DNA of 64,000 nucleotides from Moniliella sp. 'wahieum' (GCA_003971905.1 RSEE01000061.1:1-64000), one strand, 5' to 3'. Positions 24,220 to 38,585 are shown, numbered from the stretch's first letter. Notes: generated from the letters alone by a model not told the origin. Translations and numbers: made by a program.

Positions 24220-27200
24220 ATGCTGCCTTTGGTGCTCCGCTCGGCTCATGTGCCGGTGCAGATGCGCGCTGCCGCATTGCTAGCCGTACGAAGCTCAGCA
24301 ACTTTCCCCTCTCGCCTGGGTGCGGCCCGTGCCTTTGCCACCACCGCTCGCCCCCATCAGGCTGCCCCTCTCGCAACCCCCCCATCCCCCAACGACAAAT
24401 TCCTCACCCCCAACAATGCCTATTACGTGAGGAGATGCACCGCCAATGGACGAAGGATCCATCATCTGTTCACGCCAGCTGGGGTATTTACTTTTCTGGT
24501 CTGAAGCGGGGCCTTCCTTCCCAGGATGCCGTCGTGCTTCCGCCCTCTCTTGATGGCGCTTCCCACCTCCAAGTTCCGTTCACATCAGAACAAGCCCAAC
24601 TTGTTGGGGATGATCTCAAAGTGAGTTTACTTTTTATTTCCTTGTCCTCTCTCTCGTCCCATGGGGCTGCGCGTCGCTGTTCTACATTTTCTGACAAAGG
24701 CACTCACCCCTTCCAACACAGGCCCAACTCTTGGGTCCGTGCTTTCCAGGTCCGTGGCCACCGCCTGGCAAATCTTGATCCTCTTGGAATTGTCACTGGC
24801 GCCTCCGTCCGGAAGAGCTTACACTCGCTTACTACGGCCTCTCTGAGGCAGACTTGGGCAAGACGATGAAGATCACTCCCGCGTTGTGCTTCCCCCTTTG
24901 CCGGTACCACGTCTGAGATGACCATCGGGGAACTGATTGAGACATGCAAGAAGCTCTATTGTGGCTCAATCGGCTATCAGTACATGCACATTCCCGACAG
25001 TGAGCGTTGCGATTGGCTACGATCTCGGATTGAATGCCCGGCACCATACAAGTACTCGACTGATGAAAAAGAGACGCATTCTTGACCGCCTGATTTGGTC
25101 CGACAGTTTTGAACGCTTCATTGCCAGCAAGTTCCCCACCGACAGCGTTTCGGTCTTGAAGGGGGCGAATCTCTCATCCCAGGGGTCAAGGCGTTAATTG
25201 ATCGTCTAGTAGACCATGGGGCCAGCAGCGTGACAATCGGTATGCCCCATCGCGGCCGTTTGAACGTCCTGGCCAATGTCATTCGTCGCCCAGTTGAAGG
25301 TATTCTCAACCAATTCAAGGGCGCTGATGATGGCTCTGATGGTGGCGGGGACGTCAAGTACCACTTGGGCGCAAACTATGTCCGCCCCACTCCCAGCGGC
25401 CGCAAGGTCGCTTCTCTTTGGTCGCAAATCCGTCGCATCTTGAAGCCGAGGATCCGGTCGTGACGGGAAAGACACGTGCATTACAAGATCTTGCTGGGGA
25501 CAAGGAGAACAAAACTTCTGTCGCTTTGCTTATGCATGGTGATGCGGCATTTGCTGGCCAAGGCGTCGTGTACGAAACGATGGGCATGTACAATCTGCCC
25601 AACTACTCCACGGGTGGTACGATCCACATTATTGTCAACAACCAGATTGGGTTTACCACAGACCCTCGCTTCTCCCGTTCAACACCGTATCCCTCTGACC
25701 TGGCCAAGGCTATTGATGCCCCCATTTTCCATGTCAACGGTGATGATGCAGAGGCGGTTACTTTGTCTGCCAACTGGCTGCCGACTGGCGCTACAAATTC
25801 AAGAAGATGTGGTGATCGACTTGGTCTGTTATCGCCGTTATGGGCACAATGAGACGGATCAGCCCTCGTTTACTCAGCCTCGGATGTACGAAGCCATCGC
25901 CAAGAAGCCCACAACACTGAAACTCTATACAGAGGAGCTGGTGAATGAAGGGACATTTACCCAACAGCAAGTGGAAGAGCATGAGAAGTGGGTTTGGAAC
26001 CAGCTCGAAGAGTCATCGGCTAAGGCGAAGGACTATAACCCAGGCGAGCGGGAGTGGCTCTCATCCGCATGGGAAGGTTTCCCCTCGCCCAAGGACTTAA
26101 GGAAAAGATTCTTGACCACAAGGAGACGGGGGTCGACAGCGAGGTGCTGACTCACATCGGCAAGGTAATTTCATCATATCCAGATGGGTTTACCGTGCAC
26201 AGCAACCTGGCCCGCATCTTGCGCAACCGCCTCAAGACGATCAAGACTGGGGAGGGCATCGACATGTCGACAGGCGAGGCTCTGGCCTTTGGCTCTCTTG
26301 TCAAAGAGGGATACTACGTCCGGGTCGGTGGTCAAGATGTGGAGCGTGGCACATTCTCTCAGCGCCATGCCATTCTTCACGATCAAAACACAGAGGCAAC
26401 GTATACCCCATTGGAACATATCGACGCACATCAAGCACCGATGAAAATCTGCAACTCGTCCCTCTCCGAATATGGCGCCCTTGGTTTCGAGCTAGGCTTC
26501 TCGCTGGTCGACCCCAAAAACCTGACGATGTGGGAGGCGCAATTTGGTGATTTTGCCAACAATGCCCAATGCATCATCGACCAGTTCATTGCATCGGGCG
26601 AGCGCAAGTGGTTGCAACGCACGGGGTTGGTACTCAGTCTACCTCATGGTTACGATGGACAGGGCCCCGAACATTCCTCAGCTCGCATCGAGCGCTTCCT
26701 CCAGCTTTGTGATGACACGCCCTTTCACTTCCCCACCCCGACCGAGATGAACCGTCAGCATCAAGACTGCAACATGCAGTTGGTGTATACCACCACTCCG
26801 GCCAACTATTTCCATGTTCTTCGCCGCCAAGTCCACCGTGACTTCCGCAAGCCATTGATCCACTTTGTGTCCAAGTCGCTTCTTCGTCACCCCATGGCCC
26901 GTTCGGAGTTGAAGGACTTCCTGCCTGGTTCTGGGGGCTTCAAAAAGTACTTTGCCGAGCCGCATGAGGAAGAGGGCGAGGACGCGCTGGTCGCGCCTGA
27001 CAGATCCGTCGGCACATCATCTGCACCGGGCAGGTGTACTATGAGTTGCTGAAGTATCGCCGCGACCAGGGCATCAATGATGTTGCGATCAGCCGTCTGG
27101 AGCAAATTTCACCTTTCCCCTACGATGTACTGACTCCTCACCTGGACAAGTACCCCAATGCCGATATAACCTGGGTGCAGGAGGAGCCGCTCAACAACGG

Positions 27201-27387
27201 GTGCTGGTCGTACGTTGGCCCTCGCTTGCGCAATGCTGCCTGCCACTCCGAACTCCACCGTGATACCTTTATCAAATGCGCTTCCCGGCCTCCTTCTTCT
27301 TCGGTGGCGACGGGCATTAAGAAGCACCACCTGCGCGAATTGGACAACTTGCTTCACGATGCATTTGACCCCGCGCTGGCAGAGTGA
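24220..27387 (+). CDS. KGD1: 2-oxoglutarate dehydrogenase E1 component, mitochondrial
   Basis: Mitochondrial presequence; [119 protein letters not shown]. One intron and many frameshifts. Confidence 0.97.
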
Positions 27388-28071
27388 TCTCGACGCTTTT
27401 TGTCTTCGGACGAGCACCTGCAAAAAAGAAAACCCGTTAACCTCTCAGGTTTCGCACTGTTTCTCCCTCCTGCCCCCTTTTTGCCACGATTATGGCACCA
27501 ATTTGTTTCCAGGGGGCACTTATTCCTGATACTCATTGTATCGTTTCCTTATCCTTTCTTCCCCTGTCCCACAAAAACTCTACATTATCTGTTACGATCA
27601 GTTTTTACGATTGACAATGACTTTTTTCACGTCTCTTTTCGTGCTCAGTTGACTCGCACAGGGGCTTGTACCATTTTTCTTGGAATCTCGCTCGCCCTCT
27701 GTTGACGAATGAACGCGTCTCTCTCCTTTTCTCCCCTGTTGATAGAGGACGCATATGCAGGGGAATGTAGCGACGTCCTGATCCACCCGGCTATATGGAG
27801 ACGGCAATGGATGCTGAAGCGTGAAGGAAGGTAGCGCAGGCGATCGATTGCGAGCGAGAGATAGGCGTTGGTGGTAAGAAGCAGGACGAGGGCTACCGGA
27901 GAAGGCTGCTATAGTAGTCATGGTCTTACATTGCGATGCGTGTAGCACCAGACTCGGTTACGCACTATGCCTATATTCACCCATGCTGTGTTCGCTTTTT
28001 TCATCCCTTTTCGCAATGACACAAACCCCTTGGAAATGGACATTTGTTTATTTAGTCGTCAGGAACACTAA

Positions 28072-28169
28072 GGAGTAGTGACGCAGCGGTTAGCGTGTGA
28101 GATTGCAACGAGTCGCTTAGGCGGTTCGATATCATCTTGAAGTCGTTGGTTCAAGTCCGACCTACTCCT
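28072..28169 (+). tRNA. tRNA-Cys (GCA) with 25-nt intron at canonical 37/38 position
   Basis: Acceptor stem GGAGTAG/CTACTCC with discriminator T; D arm ACGC/GCGT; anticodon arm TGAGA-TTGCAA[intron 28109-28133]A-TCTTG; T arm GTTGG-TTCAAGT-CCGAC. Confidence 0.93.
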
Positions 28170-28170
28170 C

Positions 28171-28175
28171 TTTTT
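28171..28175 (+). terminator. RNA polymerase III oligo-T terminator
   Basis: TTTTT immediately after the tRNA-Cys 3' end. Confidence 0.75.
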
Positions 28176-28453
28176 AATTTTCCCGTCTCTCATTGGTGCA
28201 CGCTGTAGGCTTCGATCGAAATCGTCTTCTGCCATCGATCCGTAACCGTCACTGCCTGTAGACCTCTCGGACTGATCAGCGATCCATCTATCTTTAGTAG
28301 TCGTTGGGTCCAAGTTGGTCAGTCTATGTGAATGGGTGGGGATGGATGCGAAGATGAGTATTGAAGACGTGATCGAAAAGTGTTACATAGAGAAAAAGGG
28401 GGGAACTGGCCGCACCCACAGCCTCCAGGTGACCCGACTTGGACTTGGAGAAG

Positions 28454-31400
28454 TCAGGATTCCGTGGGCGCAGCAGCAGCAGCGGACGATGGCGCGGTCG
28501 GGGTAGGATGGGGTACCAAGGGCAAGGGGTCAATCCGTTGGTAAAAGAGCATGTACGCCTTGGCCTTGCTCACCTCTTCCCACGATGCATGCCGCACCTG
28601 CTCGTCCGACACATGCACCCAGAACTTCCCCCGCCCGAGCGAGCGAATGGCGGACAAAGGCTGTGTAGTGGCCCGAGGCAGCTGGCCCGTATGCACAATC
28701 ACTGCCACCAAGCAGTAGCGCGTAGACTGGTCCAGCTTGGGAGCCGGTGCCTCGGTGGAGCGCAGCTTGGGCCGACCCAAGCGGTCGTACGATTGCCGCG
28801 GGGCGCCAGCCACGGCGCGATATCCAGCACAGGAGGAAAAGAGACAAAGTCGTCCAGCTTTTCGCCATGTTTCCCCCCTGCCGCACTGCCCGGCATGAAG
28901 GAACTTCCCCAGCCCGACAGCGACGTGACGGCAAATCGTTTGAGCTGCACCACCAACACGGGCGGCGCCGACGCAATCAAGTACCGCTTCAGTGCTGGCT
29001 GCCGTACCCTGCCCGTTCGACGAATGGGCTTGGAAGGCGTGAAGGCGCTGGTCCGAGAGCGTCATCGCATCCTGCTCGGCCGGCCGCGAACCGAGTGCAT
29101 GAGCAGACACACTGCATCCGAAACAGGTGCCAAACGGCCGCCTCCCGCATGTGGCACCGAGGCCGAAGCATCCGACACCCATCCTTCTCCTTCCCTGACC
29201 GATCCTGTACGGGAGCGCATCATGGGGCAGAGGTATCACTGCCTCCCAAACTGACCGCGCTCGTGCCCGTATGGAGCGTCGGGACCGACATGGATGCACG
29301 GCTGGTAGAGGAGGTCATTCCCCTCAACCCCAGACCCGACGGGGCCAGAGGCAGACGGTCGTCGTCCGAGTCGGCGTCGGGAGACGAGTCTGACCCTGGC
29401 TCTGTCGGCAACGAAGGCGACCGAGCGCGCAAGCCGTGCTGGTTGCGCCAACACCGTTTGCACAAAACGCGTCCTCGCCTTCCAGTAGTTCGGATTGGGT
29501 GAACGTGTTGAGAGCGGCAACCAAGCCAGTGCCTTCTTGGGAACGGAGCGCACTGCCGTCCTCTCCGGCAGCCGGCGCGCCGCCTTCCGACGATTGCGGC
29601 GAAGCGGGCACTGCGAGGGAAAGCGAGGTCCCTGTCTGCGCCGCCGACGCACACGCCGCAGCCACATCCGCCACGCTCAACTTGCCTCGTCGTGACGACG
29701 CCTGATCCCGAAGCACATAGAGCACCGCCGGGTCCACTGCTTCGCGGTGAGCCCGACAAAAGTTGAGCAATGTAGAGCAAATGGGCCGGCACCTGTTCCG
29801 GCTCGCCGAATTGGGATTGCGATTGAGAGTACGACTCGGACATGGCCAAGGGTGCTGGCACCAACGAGTCGGCGGCACCATGGGGTCGGAACGAGCGACG
29901 GAACGGACGATGGAGCTTATGCGAATGAGGTGGGTGAGGTAACTCAAAGCCAGGCGGGCCCAAATGCGAGTGCCACTTCTCTTTCTTCTCCTCCCCCGGT
30001 CCTATTGCCAGCGAATCCGGCACGTGCGAGGGGGAAGTGGCCGTTTCCAGTTTGCCCACCAAGTCAGGGGTGATGGTGGCCTCCCTCCTAGGGTCGGGAG
30101 GGACCAGCGTCGCTTCCCGGTCCATTTCGGCCGGCTCGGAGTAGCCAGTGAAGGCGGCAAGGTGGCATTCGTGCCCAAGGGGCTAGGTTGCGGAAGCAAG
30201 TTGGATGTTTGTTGTTGGGACTCCCGAGAGGGGACGAAACGGTGTACTCCTCATCGTCCAAGCTCTCGGACCCCTTTGTCATGGAGGTGAAGTCCAGCCC
30301 GGTCGTATGGCGCGCGACAGGGGCATGTGCCGATACCGTTGCCGTGGGGAGGCCGGGAGAGGTGGCGCTGGGTCGGCTGCCTTCTTGGATTTGCGCATGG
30401 TAGTCCGACGACGGAAAAAGTTACCGCGTGATTCCTCATTGTCTGGACTAGGTTCTTGTTTGGGGGTACGCGAGAAAAACCTTCTCCGCTCCTTGCCTGG
30501 AGTGCCATCACTGGGGCCAGCAGACTGTGGGCGGGGCGTTGCGGGTGAAGACTTATCCGCAGTTCGAGAGGCGACACGCGAGGGGGTCGTCGACGCAGGT
30601 AAATGAATCGAGCTAAGGTCGGTGGCCCCACTCGCTATCAAGCTTGGAACGGGTATTGCCGTCGAACGTGGCCGATGCTTCTTTGATTGTCCTGGGCCTA
30701 CAGGAGTTTCATCAGGGGCTGTGCTGCCGGGACGGGAAAGGGAAGCAGCGGTCCGTTGGACAGCCTTGGCCATAGAGGGGAGAATGAAGTACCAGCTGCC
30801 GCCGGCATGTCGCGTCCCTTCTTCAGCGCCACCCAGCACAGTGCCTGGTGTGGTGGGCGAGAACGCCCCGCCGTGCGACTGGACCAACGCTCGGAAAGCC
30901 GTAAGAAAGCCATGCGTTTTTTGCTTTGTGACGAAGGTGCTCCCGACGTGGTGGGTTGGGGCAAGGAGAGCGATAAGTCGTAGAATGGTTCGTACGTCTG
31001 GCTGACATAGCCACACGCTTGGCAAATAATGGTCGAGGCCAGTTTGCCCTCGAACACTTGGTCGACCAGGGGTTGGACAGATGACTTTCCATCATGCAGC
31101 GCAGGATCTACACTGCCAGCCGATGCGACCGATGTGGAGGCCACCGACCGAGGCGGTGCCTCTGTCGCCACAAGGTGGGTAGCTCGCTGGCCTGGGAAGT
31201 AATTGGTGAAGATGGGAAAGTAACCGAGTTTTGTACTGGGTTGGAGTAGAGGATCCATGGTTGGTCGGATGGGGTAGGATGGGGCTCTGCAGGAATGGAG
31301 ACAGAGGTGGGTGGGAGAAGGCGGGCATAAGGGTTGGCGGCTGTGAGGCTGCCTTGGGGTCCAAGTCAGCGGGAGGGCTGAGACCCTTAGGGAAACTGGC

Positions 31401-32107
31401 TTGGCGCTTGGTAAGCCGAGATGGAGAATCAGGGGTTGGGAGAGTAGGCGTTTGGATAGGAGTAGAGACAGTGTCCACTTGCGTTGGAGTTCCGGCGTCC
31501 GGTCGGCCGATGGCCTGTGGACAAGAGGCAAATCCCCAGCGGGTGGTGGGACATCGAGAGGCAACCTATCATCAGAAGGGGGGGAGGCGAGGAAGATGCA
31601 GCAGAGGATCTGAAAGTAGAGAAAGAAGGTGTTGAGCTGCCTCTGCGCTTAAACACTTGAGATCGGGCCTTGATCGCATCCTTCTCCTCCATTTGGCAGG
31701 CATCAAGCAGCAGCGATAGCGCCTCATGCGCATCCTGCTGCTCTCCGGTGACCAAATCGGGGAAGCGCTTCTTGAGCGCAGCCAAAAGGGGTTTGGGGTC
31801 AACCACATGCACGGCAGCTTGGCTTCCCTGGGGGCGGGTGCGCTTGGCGGTAGGAGGGGGGTCCCACATGTCGCTAAGCACTTGAAGCAGCCGAGGTCAA
31901 GGGCAGAGCGGGCGCGATGACGCCGACGCAGCAGGGGATGGCCGAGGAGCCTGGGCTGGTGACAGCAGGAGTAGCATCGGTGGGGGCGGAGGCCTGGATG
32001 GCAGTGCGAAGGGGCTCGGTGGCAGCGAGGGACTGGAGGACGACATTGAGGAAGCACGAGTTGCCGATGTTGGGCAGGCCGGGCTGGGTCTGGACGGTGT
32101 CGTCCAT
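28454..32107 (-). CDS. Ubiquitin-specific protease (peptidase C19) with long low-complexity insertions
   Basis: Cys box GLPNIGNSCFLNVVLQSL; QQDAHEAL; VFEGKLASTIICQACG; EPFYDLSLSL; PPVLVVQLKRF; His box VAVIVHTG...SGHYTAFVR; WVHVSDEQV; AYMLFYQR. Multiple frameshifts. Confidence 0.92.
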
Positions 32108-33420
32108 GGCCGCGTGAAGAGAGGGGAGCGGGCGTGGGACGTGTGACGCTGTGCGTGTGCGTGTGCGTGTGCGTGGCGGGAGGCGAGCAGGTGGACGTGG
32201 GGGTGGTAGAGCGGAGACGGAGCGAGGCGTCATTCGTGGCGATGCCCAGGCAGCGCTCAGACGCTGAGGCTGAGCCGTGGAGCTCAGGCGGAGCGCTCAG
32301 GCTGAGCCTCAGCCGCCGCAGCTGATGCGTGATGGACGCGAGCCCTGCAGGGTCCGCCATGCCGCAGCCGACCGCGGGGGCACGGGGGCACTGCGTCCCA
32401 CGCATGCAAGGCCCAACGACCACCGCCGCCCAGACCCCCGGACGGCGCGGGGGCTGTGTGGGCAGTGGCGAAAGTGGACCAGCGGGCGAGAGCAGGATGG
32501 TGCGCAGCAGCTGCCCAGCCTGGCGCCACCCACGCATGTTCCTAGCCCCGCGCACCTGCCCACAGTGTGCCCAGGCGGCTCCCGCACCATGCAGCCGTCA
32601 CCCACCACTCACCGTTCCTGATTGCTGATTGCACGCATCCCATCCCGCGGCACCAGCGGGCACCCAGCAGCTGCGCTGCCTGCACTGCTCCGGCTGAGCC
32701 TTAGCGCTGCCACCACGAGGTACGGCATCGGCCTTTGAACTGGGCATTAATAAACTGGAACCTGAAGCTCAGGCGGGCCCTTTGCCGGCCGCTGCTCTCG
32801 CTCTGTGATATGTGACATCAAATGTGACAGACTGACATGTCGACAGGGGGCTCGCGAGCCCCCACCCGCCCCCTGTTGGACTGGCAGCCTGTTCAAAACG
32901 TTCAAGTCAACGTCATCAACATTGCATCAATGCATCAACGTTCAACTGCTTTATCTCATGGCATCGGAATATTCACCGCTAGCTTTGCGGGCGCTCCCAC
33001 CGGCTCTTTTCTCGCATCTTCTTCTCTCCGCTGGCTCAGGCGGAGAGTTTGCTTCACTGTCCACCCCCCCGCCTCGCCTTATCAGGTCTTGAGAGCTTGA
33101 GGCTCAAGCTTTCTGCCCCGCCAAAATCTCCCTCCACATAATTACACAGCAGCGGGGTATTAGTACGGTACATATCACGTGACATATGAGAGCTCCTATA
33201 CTTGTGACCATCATGTATTAGCGGTAGATGTTTTCCATTCTCCATGATGCATGACCTCCTCCCCTCCTCCACACCCGCAAGCAACTTCAACTGTCTGCAC
33301 ACCACCCCCAACCATCGCAATAAAGAGACCGACAGACAAAAGGGCAACAGGCATATGCTCTTCCATACCAAAAAGATATAATAGTGCACCCTACGCAGCC
33401 GCGCCCACGTTCAACCGGCC

Positions 33421-35066
33421 TTAGGCGTAGCAGTTGGCCCCTAGCGCCGGCGCTTGGTAGAAGACACAGTCAGGGTCATACTCGGCCTTGACGCCCTCGA
33501 GCCAGTCAAGCTTGGAGGTGTAGAGCATGCTGTTGGTAATGTCCTGGTCAAACTTGGCGTAGTTGGTAAAGTAGGCCAACGGATTGCCCGTCTGGCATCG
33601 TTAAGCAACCCCAGATCGCTTGCATCTTGTGTCAGCTGCTGGCGCAACATCGTTGTCGCCTCTGCTCCCGCGGCATCGTACTTGGCATCAGTCCAGGCAA
33701 CGGTGATCCCGATGATGGCAGCCATGTAGCCCTCGTCGGGCGGCCAGGCTGCATTTGGGACCGGCACGTTTTCCACCACACCATGCTTCAGTGGTTCCAT
33801 GTAGATGGACGTGTAGTTGAATTCGGGGTGAGCTGTCGTCAGGTTCATCAGCCTCTGTCGGGTCCGCACAAACATCTCCGGATCCAAAGCATTAATCGGA
33901 ACGGCGTCCATCATACTCCGGCCCGACACAAAGATCGGGTCGTCCAGTTCGTTCACCCCAGCATAGTTTGTTTCGTTGGGCGCCTTTAGAACAGGCAGAG
34001 TGGAATGGGGCAAGCGGTCAAAGTCGGCAAAGACACCAGTCTGGTTGACTTCGGCTTCGGTACCATTATACCACTCTTGCACAGCCACCTGGCCCGTTCC
34101 CAAAAAGGTGATGACCACATTTGAGTCTCCACTGGGAAACTTCTGAAGCAAGTTGTTGGCCGCTTGAACCAACGCTGTCGTATTTTCTGCCGCATAAGCC
34201 CACGACCCACCATATTGGACCGGCGAAACAGGGTGGGTGAGCAACTCAAATGACGTGACCACACCCAGTTGACCCGCCGAGCCACGGATCGCATTGAACA
34301 GATTCGTGTTTTGCGTCACCGAGGCCGTGGTAGCCGTGCCGTTGGCCAATACCACCTCCATTGAAACGATGTTTTGCGAACCAAACCCATGGGCACTGCT
34401 CGACCAGCTATCACAGCCCATGAGCAAGCACCCTGACACGCCCACATGCGACGCACGGCCTCCAACCGGCATACGCGTCCCATTTGTTGCCTGCACTCCC
34501 CCGAATCCGTCTCGTCAGTTTCCTGTCCACGAAGAGAGCACCAACATAGTGGAGGAAAGTGAAAAGTAGATGTGCATACCTGTTCCATGTAATTGTAGAC
34601 ATCACCCCAGCGCAATCCAGCACCGCACGTGACCGTCTGACTCGAGGCATTGTACTGAATGCCAGAAAACTTCTCCATGTTGATCACAAGGCCGGGGGGC
34701 GCCTTGGCATTGGGTAGGTCCATCTTATGCCCCCCAGAGAGGATGGCAAATGGAATTCCCTTTTGACCAATGCACTGAACCAGCGACGACACGTCTTGCG
34801 CTGTGTTGGGCAGGGCGACAGTATTGGCCGTAGCGTTGTTGTGTGGTTTTGGGCAAATTTGCTGGTCAAAGCGGTAAAGTTGGGGCTGCTCTGGTCGAGT
34901 AGCAGCGATGCTTCCACCCCGCAATCGCACAAGGCGGACTGGACCTGACCAAGGGGAAGGGGGGTTGGAAGCCGGACGACTGCCTTGCACGGAGGGGATG
35001 AGGATGAGATGCCAGTGCATTCCCGGCAAAAAGGAAGGGGAGCAAGCAAAGAGGCGTCCAACGCAT
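33421..35066 (-). CDS. Secreted FAD-linked oxidoreductase (berberine-bridge-enzyme/AA7-like)
   Basis: Signal peptide MRWTPLCLLPFLFAGNALA; ILSGGH (covalent-FAD His motif); GAGLRWGDVY; GGRASHVGVSG; VVLANG; LFNAIRGSAGQLGVVT; C-terminal YPNY-like and KAEYDPDCVF motifs; many N-x-S/T sites; one intron. Confidence 0.88.
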
Positions 35067-35403
35067 CTTCAAGTGGAATGCTGTTGTTGGTTGCAAAAAA
35101 GAGAGGATGTGGTGGTGTGGACGAATGTCGGGTCTCCGGGCCTGAAGACGGATCGCCGTTGGGGGTAAAAAGGATGCTGATTGACGAACGTTGTAAAGAC
35201 CTCTGTGTTGTGTACATATACGAAAGCCACATGGTGGGCGTTAATTGTGTCTTACAGGATGTCCTGAACCGAACAGCCTACAACTACAGCAGCGCGCGTC
35301 TCGTTATGATCTTGATCAACTCACAAATGGGGTAGTTGCCATGCCACACACATTCCACATGTGGGATGTGTGGGTCGTCGGCTACAGTCGAGACAATCAG
35401 CGC

Positions 35404-35466
35404 CATCATGCATCATGCATCATGCATCATGCATCATCCGCATCAGCGATCAGCGATCAGCGATCA
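35404..35466. repeat. Compound heptamer repeat (CATCATG)4 + (ATCAGCG)3
   Basis: Read directly, upstream of the AA7-like gene. Confidence 0.9.
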
Positions 35467-37259
35467 ATATTCAATTCTGTACGACGTTCTTCTCATCTGC
35501 GTGTGGGGCACACTGCTCTTGTCCCGGGTCAAAGTTTGTATACACCACATGTTAATTTGTTCCACAGCAGAGGGGCTAAACAGGGTGGATCTGTGGTGCC
35601 AGAATGCCCGAGGAAACAACGTATTCCAACCCATGCCATTTACGGAGCTTAGAGCAGGTGCAGGGGACGATACTCCCACCGGATTCTCTCATGCGGCATT
35701 GTACCGTAGGCCCCACAGCGGGAGAGGACGACAAAAGAACCGCCCCATTGCTGTACTGCGTGATTCGCGGGGTTTTTCACACACATACGGAGTGGATCTC
35801 TAACATTTTTACTGTGCGGTGGCGTACACCACAGCTACTAAGCCTGTATACGCTAAGCCTGGCAGTATACACCCGAGTATATGCATGTAATGCTTGTGAA
35901 TCATGTGAATATCTCTTCAAGCCTCACTAGTATCTATAGCTAGTACTAGTAGCTACTCTCTGTCCTCCAGTCCCACACATTCTCGCCCCATTTCCCCAAC
36001 CCTTTATTTTGGTCCACGCTTGTAATTTTACCCCCTTGTAGAAGACCAGAGAACCGGCAGTTGATGGTATATAGAATTGTACATGAGCTACAGAGACTAG
36101 GGAATATTCCTACTGCACTCTTGGAAGGAATATTGGAAGGAATATGAACCGGAAGGATCCATGCTTGGTCAACTGGTGCCACTACACCGGTGTGGAGTCA
36201 CCTCCCGGCATTAGGGTCACAACGTCCCGTGTTGAGACTCTTGGCCTGGATACACCTTTTGGCCTCAAAAGTGCAAAAGGATCCAGGCAATGTATATGCG
36301 ACGAAAATGTCGCTGTCTCTCACTTCCCGCCGCCGTGTGTGTGATCAGTAGAGGAGAAGATGTCTCACAGTCTCTCCATATATGTCCCCCTAGGTATCCT
36401 CCAAGGCCGTATCGCCAGTCAATAACATCACACAAGAAGGCAGATCCGTCATTTAGATCCCCCCTTTATTATATGGGGTTTTGGATTAAAGAACGTTGGC
36501 CGTGTTCTCTTGTTGCTTTCCACCAGACTCTGCCACACACGTGTTCTTTTCGCTACGCCTTCGGCTCGCTTCGCCAAGTGGACGCTTCATGGACGGAGAA
36601 TCAGGAGGGTGGAACGATTCACCGGTAGCGACAATAGCCGCCCGGCACAGACGGAACCGTTTCAGCGATGTGGGCAGCTTCCGATCAATGGTGGTTGATT
36701 TCCCGGTGGCCAAGGTGGCGATGAGGGAACAGTAGCTCCGATTGCCCAGCCGGATCAAAGGGACAGCGGCTGAAGAGGGTGCAGCCACCAAGAGGAACAC
36801 CCACACAGGCGGGGAAGGGGCCAAAAGAGACAGGGGACAGTCGTCCACCCCGGTCCCCCTCTATGTCACTCTCTGGGTTTCTAACGCGAGCCATGCTTCC
36901 CTGTTACTGGTTACAGAACGGTGTACTCTGCCACGGTGAATATGACCGGAGTGAGGGCCTCTGTGGATTATGGAACGGTGGACAGCGTTGACGATGGGAA
37001 AAAGGGGTCAGTGGAACGGCGGACAAGGGGGGGACGTGGTACATGGAACGGTGAACAAGATCCCACTAGTTTCATTGATGTTTTCTACCCTCTCTCTCTT
37101 CATCGTCTGTGGTTTGATTGATGGTCCCTCTCAGAACGAGTTCGAATGGGGATTTTGTGTGCTGCAATGGATTCCGTGAACGTGCGGGTCTTTCACCGCC
37201 TGCCCGCTTCGTTTTCGGAGATGATGAAAAGTTGTTCAATGTTCAATTGAAGATGTTGG

Positions 37260-37422
37260 GCCTGAGGCCCTGAGGTCTTACTCAGGCCTGAGGCCCTGAG
37301 GGCCTGAGGGGAGGAGAGAGAGCAAATAAGAATGACAACTCCTTTTGGTTGTGGAGTGTGATCTCACAGGCGGCTCTCGCTCTGGTTCAATTGAACATTG
37401 AACATTGAACATTGAACATTGA
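37260..37422. repeat. CCTGAGG repeats and (TTGAACA)4
   Basis: CCTGAGG units at about 37260-37310 and a perfect (TTGAACA)4 at 37391-37418, upstream of the Rho gene. Confidence 0.9.
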
Positions 37423-37778
37423 GGCCTAGCCAAATCCCACCAGCTCAAGTTGTGTGGTCAGGCACGGCGCTGCTGTCAACTAAGAGGGGTCTGATGCCTC
37501 TGTTTGTCAATCTTGCCGGAGGGGGCAATTGGCGACGCGTCGTCACCCATCGCGTTTCCCCACTAGGGCAGTGTGTCTGACAGCGTGAATCGATGGATGC
37601 TTGCACCAACTAACATGTTCGACACTCCCGAGGCAGCGGAGCGCACAGCACATCTTGACCCTGTCCAGTCTTGAAGCTCGAAGCTTGAAGAGGCTCCGTT
37701 TTCCCTACCACCTCTTCCGCTGCTACCACTACTCCACTCCTCGTTACTGATTAGCCCTCCCCCAAGTACGCCTTTGCC

Positions 37779-38585
37779 ATGGCCTCAACATACCTCAACG
37801 ACCTGCCCCCCCGGATCAGTCTATTCCCAAACGTAAGCTCGTCGTCGTTGGCGATGGCGGGTGCGGCAAAACGAGCTTGTTGATCGTCTACTCTGAAAAC
37901 CGTTTCCCCGAGGATTACACGCCCACCATCTTCGACAATTATCTGGCTCAGGTCAGCTTTCAAGGTCACCCTGTTGAGCTTGCGCTCTGGGACACAGCGG
38001 GCAAGAGGAGTACGACCGGCTTCGGCCCCTGTCGTATCCAGAGTCGAACGTGATCCTCATCTGCTTTGCCGTTGACTTCCCTACAAGTTTGATGAATGTT
38101 CAAGACAAGGTACGTCTTTTTGCTCTCAACTTTCTCATGCATCATTCTCTTTCCCGACCCCACGACTGACGACTTTGCAACAGTGGTATCCGGAGATCAA
38201 TCACTTTCTTGAGCACGTGCCAATCATTCTGGTCGGTCTCAAGACAGATCTGCGGACGGACCCACATGCTCTAGCAATGCTCAAAGCTCAGGGAACCACC
38301 CCTGTCAGTCCTTCCCAAGGGAGACAGGTTGCTGCAGACATTGGAGCTGCCGCTTACGTCGAGTGCAGTGCACGTCTCAACAGAGAGTACGCGAGGTGTT
38401 CGACACGGCCTTGGTTCATGCTATGGGTTACGCCGAGCCTGTTGCCCCTGATCAGCAGCCTTCAGCCCCAAAGGAAATGTGGCTAGTACGCCTTCGACAG
38501 ACAACAAACAACAGCTATCGACTTCCGCGCTGGGCCTGCAGTGCGTCAACCTCGGCGCCGGAAACGACAGTGCCAAATTCTCTGA
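37779..38585 (+). CDS. RHO4: Rho-family small GTPase (Rho4-like)
   Basis: [49 protein letters not shown]; intron near 38110-38183; [14 protein letters not shown]; polybasic RRRKRQ plus CAAX CQIL-stop. The subfamily call is by recalled similarity. Confidence 0.85.

Noticed and set aside
35404..37422. Short repeats as CRISPR arrays or transposon termini
   Set aside because: The DNA is eukaryotic, the 7-bp units have no spacers, and no cas or transposase genes, TIRs or LTRs were seen.
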